Of a stretch of 64,000 nucleotides of DNA, positions 57,246-62,555 are shown one piece after another. The stretch spans positions 4,396,372 through 4,460,371 of the forward strand of contig CP070764.1 in the NCBI GenBank assembly GCA_020349245.1. Direction: 5' to 3'. The stretch is from Chloroflexota bacterium. Lineage in GTDB: Bacteria; Chloroflexota; Anaerolineae; Anaerolineales; UBA4823. Position 1 is the stretch's first letter. Every line of letters begins with the position of its first letter. The notes below the pieces were generated by a model. The model saw nothing but the letters and a program-made list of their open reading frames with translations, was not told the DNA's origin and made no database searches. The translations under genes were made by a program, and so were the position numbers.

Positions 57246-57773
57246 ATGAGTGAAAAAACAATCTCCCTGGTCGCTCTATTTCAAGAGAGTACTGATACCG
57301 CCAAGGCCATTGATGACCTCCACAATTTAGGGATCCCGGATGAAAATATGGTGGTCATGTCAGATGTACCCTATCCCGAAAAAGCCTTGGGCAGAACAGG
57401 TGAGTGGCTCACCCTGCCATATATCGTGCTTGCTGGAGCTGTGGTGGGCCTGTTGATTGGATTATTTTTGTCTGCGATCACCCCTCATCTCTACCGCCTG
57501 GATGTAGGCGGTCACCCACCGGTTGGATTTCCTCCCGCAGCAGTGATCACTTTTGTTTTTACCATGATGGCGATCATCGTGTCCACATTTCTCGGTGTGC
57601 TCTGGGAGATGGATTTCCCCAGCTTTGGTCCTGTACCGTACAACAAAGCTGTCACTGATGGCAAATTAGGTGTGCTTGTTGAATTCCCAACTGAATTGAA
57701 GGATAGCGTCAACCGGGTGTTCAAGGAAAACCAGGCTGATTTTATCGGGGAACCGGAGATGATATCGCTATGA
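57246..57773 (+). CDS. actD: ACIII subunit ActD (DUF3341-type membrane protein)
   Basis: A soluble N-terminal part (LVALFQESTDTAKAIDDL) followed by two TM helices, at the position expected for ActD after ActC. Confidence 0.7.
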   Translation: MSEKTISLVALFQESTDTAKAIDDLHNLGIPDENMVVMSDVPYPEKALGRTGEWLTLPYIVLAGAVVGLLIGLFLSAITPHLYRLDVGGHPPVGFPPAAVITFVFTMMAIIVSTFLGVLWEMDFPSFGPVPYNKAVTDGKLGVLVEFPTELKDSVNRVFKENQADFIGEPEMISL

Positions 57774-58276
57774 ACTCTCGCTTACAGCGTGGATTGATCT
57801 TCATCCTCGTCCTTACGATACCTTTCTTAATTAGTCTCTTGTTTACTTACGAGGTCTTGAAAATCCCGTTTACCACGGATATGCAGTATCAAGCCTCCAT
57901 AAATTATCAAGAGGGTCCTCGCCTATTGCCACCGGAAGATGCGGTTCCGATACAAGGCCTTGCTATCATCCCCGATGAATTTCCGGAAAATCCAATTACA
58001 GCGGATGATGTCTCCTTGCAGCGGGGAAAAATCCTCTTCGATATTCATTGCCAGATTTGTCACGGAGTAAATGGACATGGAGATGGTCCTTTGGCGCAAT
58101 ATTTTGAGCGTACCCCGGAAAATCTAACCGGCCCACAAATATCGGCAGAATTCGATGGGGCTGTCTACTTAACCATCCGAAATGGATTTGGCCAGATGCC
58201 AGCATTATCTGAAAATCTGACGCCGCATGAAACCTGGGATGTGGTGAATTATCTTCACACGCTACCCGTGAGGTGA
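57770..58276 (+). CDS. actE: ACIII subunit ActE (monohaem cytochrome c)
   Basis: N-terminal TM/signal, a single CQICHG, and a Met ligand region GFGQMPA. Confidence 0.8.
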   Translation: MNSRLQRGLIFILVLTIPFLISLLFTYEVLKIPFTTDMQYQASINYQEGPRLLPPEDAVPIQGLAIIPDEFPENPITADDVSLQRGKILFDIHCQICHGVNGHGDGPLAQYFERTPENLTGPQISAEFDGAVYLTIRNGFGQMPALSENLTPHETWDVVNYLHTLPVR

Positions 58277-58285
58277 AAGGTAAAG

Positions 58286-59332
58286 ATGATAACCAAAATT
58301 GCATTCATGTCTTCAGTCGTTATCTTGTTACTTGCTGCTTGTTCTGCACCGCAGAGTCTACCTTCGGGTCCTACCCCGATCCCAACCCTCATCCCTGCCA
58401 CAGATCTGGGCAGTCCTCTGACTGAAACGGCACAACCTTCTTATCCCATTCAGAGTTACCCAGCCCGGTTGCCCTCAGCAGAGCTCGGTTTTCCACTTTA
58501 CCAGGCTCACTGTGCCAGCTGTCATGGGGATGATGGGAATGGGGTTGTCCCAGGAGCCCGAAATTTTGGTGATTTGGATTATATGCGCGGAGAAACTCCG
58601 GCCTTTTTCTATACCACGGTTGCTGAGGGTCGCGGTGAGATGCAGGGATTTCGTGATGAACTGACTTCAGATGAGCTTTGGGATGTTGTTTTTTACGTGT
58701 GGCGGTTTTCTACCGATACCGAAACACTTAACCTTGGACAAAATATCTATGAGGAGAATTGCCAGGTTTGCCATGGGCTCGATGGAACGGGAGCAGTGCT
58801 TGGCGCTGCTGATTTCTCTGATTTGCGGGTAGTTGATGACCAGGCTCCTCGAGATTTCTACCTCGTAACGACACAAGGGAAAGGTTCAATGCCGGCCTGG
58901 CAGGGGCGCTTATCCCAGGATGAACGCTGGGCAGTGATTGATTATCTGCGCACCTTCTCGTACGACCCGAGTCTCCCGGGGGAAGTTGTAGAACAACCGC
59001 CCCCAACGACTGTTCCAGAGGAGAGTGGCTGTGATCCGAATTATCTTACCCAAACCAATCCCTTTGATTGGAACGATTCGGCTGCCAGCATCGCCGGTCA
59101 AGTAATTTATGACCAGGCGTGTGGCATGTGTCACGGGGTTGATGGTTCCGGAGGTCTTCCGGGTACCCCTGACTATACTGATGCCGCAGTTGCACAGGAT
59201 CTTCGCTCCAATGGTGGTGAAAAACTATGTGTAGTCGCCGAGGGGAAAGAATCAATGCCCGGTTGGAAAGAGACCCTTACAGAGCAACAGATGTGGGAAG
59301 TGCTCACTTACCTGTATTCATTTGGAAAATAG
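58286..59332 (+). CDS. trihaem class-I-type cytochrome c lipoprotein
   Basis: Lipobox LLAAC, a Pro-rich linker, and three cyt c units: CASCHG, CQVCHG, CGMCHG. Confidence 0.88.
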   Translation: MITKIAFMSSVVILLLAACSAPQSLPSGPTPIPTLIPATDLGSPLTETAQPSYPIQSYPARLPSAELGFPLYQAHCASCHGDDGNGVVPGARNFGDLDYMRGETPAFFYTTVAEGRGEMQGFRDELTSDELWDVVFYVWRFSTDTETLNLGQNIYEENCQVCHGLDGTGAVLGAADFSDLRVVDDQAPRDFYLVTTQGKGSMPAWQGRLSQDERWAVIDYLRTFSYDPSLPGEVVEQPPPTTVPEESGCDPNYLTQTNPFDWNDSAASIAGQVIYDQACGMCHGVDGSGGLPGTPDYTDAAVAQDLRSNGGEKLCVVAEGKESMPGWKETLTEQQMWEVLTYLYSFGK

Positions 59333-59680
59333 GTTTTAAAACCGAAACTTAATTTTTGAGCTTCGGCGGTTCTTAATCACCAAAGTCAGCCATAAAATAA
59401 ATTTTGGGTCGCTGGATTCGCATTGCATTGTTCAAATATGCGAGAAGTATATATATACGGTTTTTAAAAAGGACTGTTTTTGCCTTATTCGTCGCTGAAT
59501 ATATGATATACTCCCTAACCTGTTACTCATCTTAGGGTGATAATCATATGCAAAACTACAAAATAGGAATCTGGTATACAGGGAAGTATGCCAGCTACAT
59601 TCGTTTAGACCTTGCGAGAAAGGAGGCTGCCGCTCACCAAATAAAAAATAAAGAAAGACACATCAGTATGACCTCAATTT

Positions 59681-59698
59681 AGTGTATCCGGATACACT
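59681..59698. promoter_or_regulatory. perfect 18-bp palindrome agtgtatccggatacact upstream of hexahaem gene A
   Basis: Self-complementary over 18 nt. It ends 3 nt before the aaggag RBS of the ATG at 59712. An identical copy sits at 61228-61245. Confidence 0.6.
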
Positions 59699-59711
59699 CA
59701 AGGAGAATGCA

Positions 59712-60773
59712 ATGAAACATAAACATCTTTTCATCGGGCTATTACTGCTGATCGCTGCCTTGGCTCTGGCAGCCTGTGCAGGAACGCCCGGCCCTGAAGG
59801 ACCGCAAGGTCCTCCTGGGCCAGAAGGCCCCCCTGGTCCAGCTGGTCCAGCTGGTCCTGCCGGTGCTGCCGGTACCGCAGGGGAGGCTGGCGCAGCTGCA
59901 GAGATGGGCGATCTGTCCTGCACTGAATGCCATAATGATACAACCTTGATCGTCGGCAAGAAAACAGCCTGGAGTGAGTCCCTGCATGGTTCTGGTGAAG
60001 CCTACGTGCGCGGGACCAATGCCAGCTGTGCAGGTTGTCACTCAGGGGGTGGTTTTAGCGCCAGGATTGCAGCTGGGCTGAATCCAGATGAGGTTGCGGA
60101 AGGGGATCCCAACCCAACCCGCCAGGACTGCCGAACCTGTCACCAGATTCACGTCACCTATACCGGCGAGGATTGGGCTTTGGAGTCCACCGATCCGGTG
60201 GATTTCTTCGCGGTCGAAGGCGCGACTTATGATGGCGGTGAAGGTAACCTGTGTGCCAATTGCCACCAACCTCGGCGCGTTTTCCCGGGTGCAGTCGATG
60301 GTGTGGTCACCGGTATCTCTGAGCACTGGGGCCCGCACCATGGCGGACAAGCTCCGATGTTGCTCGGTGTCGCTGGTGCGGGTGATGTTGAAGGCAGCCC
60401 CAGCTCGCATTACAACATGGTGGAAGACACCTGCGTGGCCTGCCATATGGGTCCAGATCGAGTTCATACCTATGAACCAAATGTTGCCGTGTGCCAGGAG
60501 TGCCATTCAGGAGCTGAAAACTTTGATATCAACGGCGTGCAAACCGAGGTCCAGGCTCAGCTAGATGAGCTTGGGGACGCTCTGGTCGCAGCGGGTGTAC
60601 TCAGTGAAAATGGTCCTGAAGGACACCCGACTGTCGAGGAAGCTCCCGAGGGCTTGGCCATCGCTCTTTGGAACTGGATCTACATCGCCCATGAGGACAA
60701 GAGCTTGGGTGTCCACAATTCAGCCTACACCAAAGCTCTGCTCGAGGAGGCTTTCGCCGCCTTAGAGCAGTAA
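59712..60773 (+). CDS. hexahaem c-type cytochrome lipoprotein with collagen-like stalk (paralog A)
   Basis: aaggag [25 protein letters not shown] lipobox, 13 G-X-Y triplets, then CTECH, CAGCH, CRTCH, CANCH, CVACH, CQECH. The C-terminus [17 protein letters not shown] helix motif is like NrfA/HAO-type multihaem proteins. The track start at 59682 is a GTG inside the palindrome. Confidence 0.88.
   Translation: MKHKHLFIGLLLLIAALALAACAGTPGPEGPQGPPGPEGPPGPAGPAGPAGAAGTAGEAGAAAEMGDLSCTECHNDTTLIVGKKTAWSESLHGSGEAYVRGTNASCAGCHSGGGFSARIAAGLNPDEVAEGDPNPTRQDCRTCHQIHVTYTGEDWALESTDPVDFFAVEGATYDGGEGNLCANCHQPRRVFPGAVDGVVTGISEHWGPHHGGQAPMLLGVAGAGDVEGSPSSHYNMVEDTCVACHMGPDRVHTYEPNVAVCQECHSGAENFDINGVQTEVQAQLDELGDALVAAGVLSENGPEGHPTVEEAPEGLAIALWNWIYIAHEDKSLGVHNSAYTKALLEEAFAALEQ
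59781..59897 (+). repeat. collagen-like (Gly-X-Y)13 coding repeat
   Basis: [39 protein letters not shown], including a perfect ggtccagct x2 tandem. Confidence 0.9.
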
Positions 60774-60826
60774 AATATGTGGGTAATTTTGCATAAATAA
60801 CCGCATATTTTTCAATTAAATTGCTG

Positions 60827-60867
60827 CTGTGTGCGTCGCCAGATACGCGGCGCACACAGTCTTTTTT
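60827..60867 (+). terminator. rho-independent terminator after paralog A
   Basis: A 13-bp stem (ctgtgtgcgtcgc / gcggcgcacacag, one G-U pair), then c and a run of 6 T. Confidence 0.8.
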
Positions 60868-61227
60868 AACATTCAAAAGCAATGTCTTTCCAGGATATGC
60901 GAATTATCCAGGACATAGCAAGGCTTGGTTTCTACTTGGTGCTGGGGTGAGAATCCAAGCTGATCGAATCCCCAAAAATGAAATATTTTCCAACTCATGT
61001 TCTCCCAAAATACTGGGAAGCCATACATTTGTCATATAGTGTAATGTGACATAATTCACTAATATCCTTCTCATAATTGGGGTATAAATCATATGCAAAA
61101 TTACCCAATTGAAGCCTGGCAGCACGGGAGGTATGCTGGGAATATTCGTTTATAGATACAACGAGAGAGGAGGACGCCTATCCCTGTAAAGTATTGAAGA
61201 AGGAACGCCCTAAAAAGACTTTATTTT

Positions 61228-61245
61228 AGTGTATCCGGATACACT
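61228..61245. promoter_or_regulatory. second copy of the 18-bp palindrome agtgtatccggatacact
   Basis: Identical sequence and identical spacing to the RBS/ATG of paralog B. Confidence 0.6.
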
Positions 61246-61258
61246 CAAGGAGAATGCA

Positions 61259-62326
61259 ATGAAACATAAACATCTTTTCATCGGGCTATTACTGCTGATC
61301 GCTGCCTTGGCTCTGGCAGCCTGTGCAGGAACGTCCGGACCTGAAGGACCGCAAGGTCCTCCCGGCCCAGAAGGTCCTCCCGGACCAGCTGGACCTGCAG
61401 GGCCTGCTGGCCCTGCCGGTACCGCAGGGGAGGCTGGCGCAGCTGCAGAGATGGGTGATCTCACCTGCACTGAATGTCACAATGACTCGGCAGTTATGGC
61501 TGGCATTTCAAATTCATGGTCAGAATCGTTACATGGCAGTGGGGAAGCCACGGCCTATGCAGGCAGCAGAACTTCCTGCACAGGCTGCCATTCTGGCGGT
61601 GGCTTCAGTGCGGCTGTTGAAGCCGGGGTAAGTCCAGTAGGTGAACAGGAGTCAGCGGCTGCGAACCCAAGCCGCCCAGACTGCCGGGCCTGCCACCAGG
61701 TCCACGTTACCTATACCGGTGAAGACTGGGCTCTGGAAACCACAGAAGCAGTGCCGATGGCTGCCTTCGAAGGCGAGACCTTTGACGGTGGAAAGGGCAA
61801 CCTGTGCGCCAACTGCCACCAGGCTCGCCGCGGCGTTGATGAACCCAATGCTGATGGCGATGTTGAAGTAACCAGCACCCACTGGGGACCCCATCACGGT
61901 CCTCAGAGTGCCATGCTGCTTGGCCTGGCTGGCGCGGGTGAAGTTGAAGGCGCTCCCAGCGCACACGCCACCATGGTGGAAGACACCTGTGTAGCCTGCC
62001 ATATGGGTGATGGCAAGGTTCATACCTTTGAGCCAAATGTAGCTGCCTGTCAGGAATGCCACTCCGGTATGGAAACCTTCGATGACACCGGTTTGCAGAC
62101 CGAAGTCCAGGAAAAACTGGATCAACTGGAAGAGGCACTCGTCGCCCGTGGTTGGTTGGACGAAGAAGGTCATCCAGCAGTAGAAGCCATCCCCGCACCT
62201 GAAGCTTATGCTCTGTGGAACTGGATCTACATCGCCCACGAGGATAAAAGCTTAGGTGTCCACAACCCCACCTACACCAGGGCTCTACTAGATGAGTCGC
62301 TGGCTACATTAGGACTTGGGGAGTAA
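61259..62326 (+). CDS. hexahaem c-type cytochrome lipoprotein with collagen-like stalk (paralog B)
   Basis: Same signal peptide and lipobox as paralog A, 13 G-X-Y triplets, then CTECH, CTGCH, CRACH, CANCH, CVACH, CQECH. The track start at 61229 is upstream, inside the palindrome. Confidence 0.88.
   Translation: MKHKHLFIGLLLLIAALALAACAGTSGPEGPQGPPGPEGPPGPAGPAGPAGPAGTAGEAGAAAEMGDLTCTECHNDSAVMAGISNSWSESLHGSGEATAYAGSRTSCTGCHSGGGFSAAVEAGVSPVGEQESAAANPSRPDCRACHQVHVTYTGEDWALETTEAVPMAAFEGETFDGGKGNLCANCHQARRGVDEPNADGDVEVTSTHWGPHHGPQSAMLLGLAGAGEVEGAPSAHATMVEDTCVACHMGDGKVHTFEPNVAACQECHSGMETFDDTGLQTEVQEKLDQLEEALVARGWLDEEGHPAVEAIPAPEAYALWNWIYIAHEDKSLGVHNPTYTRALLDESLATLGLGE
61328..61444 (+). repeat. collagen-like (Gly-X-Y)13 coding repeat
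   Basis: [39 protein letters not shown]. Confidence 0.9.
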
Positions 62327-62374
62327 TAAGGACGAATAATTCAGGTTAATTAGCTAACCTCGAATTGCGAGACC

Positions 62375-62421
62375 ACTGCTGTGTGATCTTTACAAACACG
62401 AGATCACACAGCAGTTTTTTT
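62375..62421 (+). terminator. rho-independent terminator after paralog B
   Basis: A 15-bp perfect stem (actgctgtgtgatct / agatcacacagcagt), an 11-nt loop, and a T7 run. Confidence 0.85.
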
Positions 62422-62555
62422 GTATATAATTTTTTTATGGGAAAATTCAAGAATGGAATCAAAATCGAAAGGAGGAAGCTGAACTGGATTAATCTCCATA
62501 GATTGCCCCATAATCTCGATCGTATGTAGATGGTGATACGCTCAAGGAGAATATT

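Noticed and set aside
59663-59959. Minus-strand ORFs rich in Pro/Ala/Gly opposite the collagen-like segments: 59663-59959, 59731-59943, 59742-60041, 61210-61470, 61289-61480, 41573-41797 and 62489-62776.
   Set aside because: They are antisense shadows of GC-rich G-X-Y or Cys-Pro coding sequence. They have no RBS. The plus-strand frames carry lipoboxes and CXXCH motifs and are clearly the real genes.
41588-61444. Short periodic GC-rich repeats that could be mistaken for a CRISPR array, VNTR or other non-coding tandem repeat.
   Set aside because: The periodicity is 9 nt or a multiple of 3 and sits inside long ORFs encoding Gly-X-Y. There are no spacer-repeat architecture and no cas genes.
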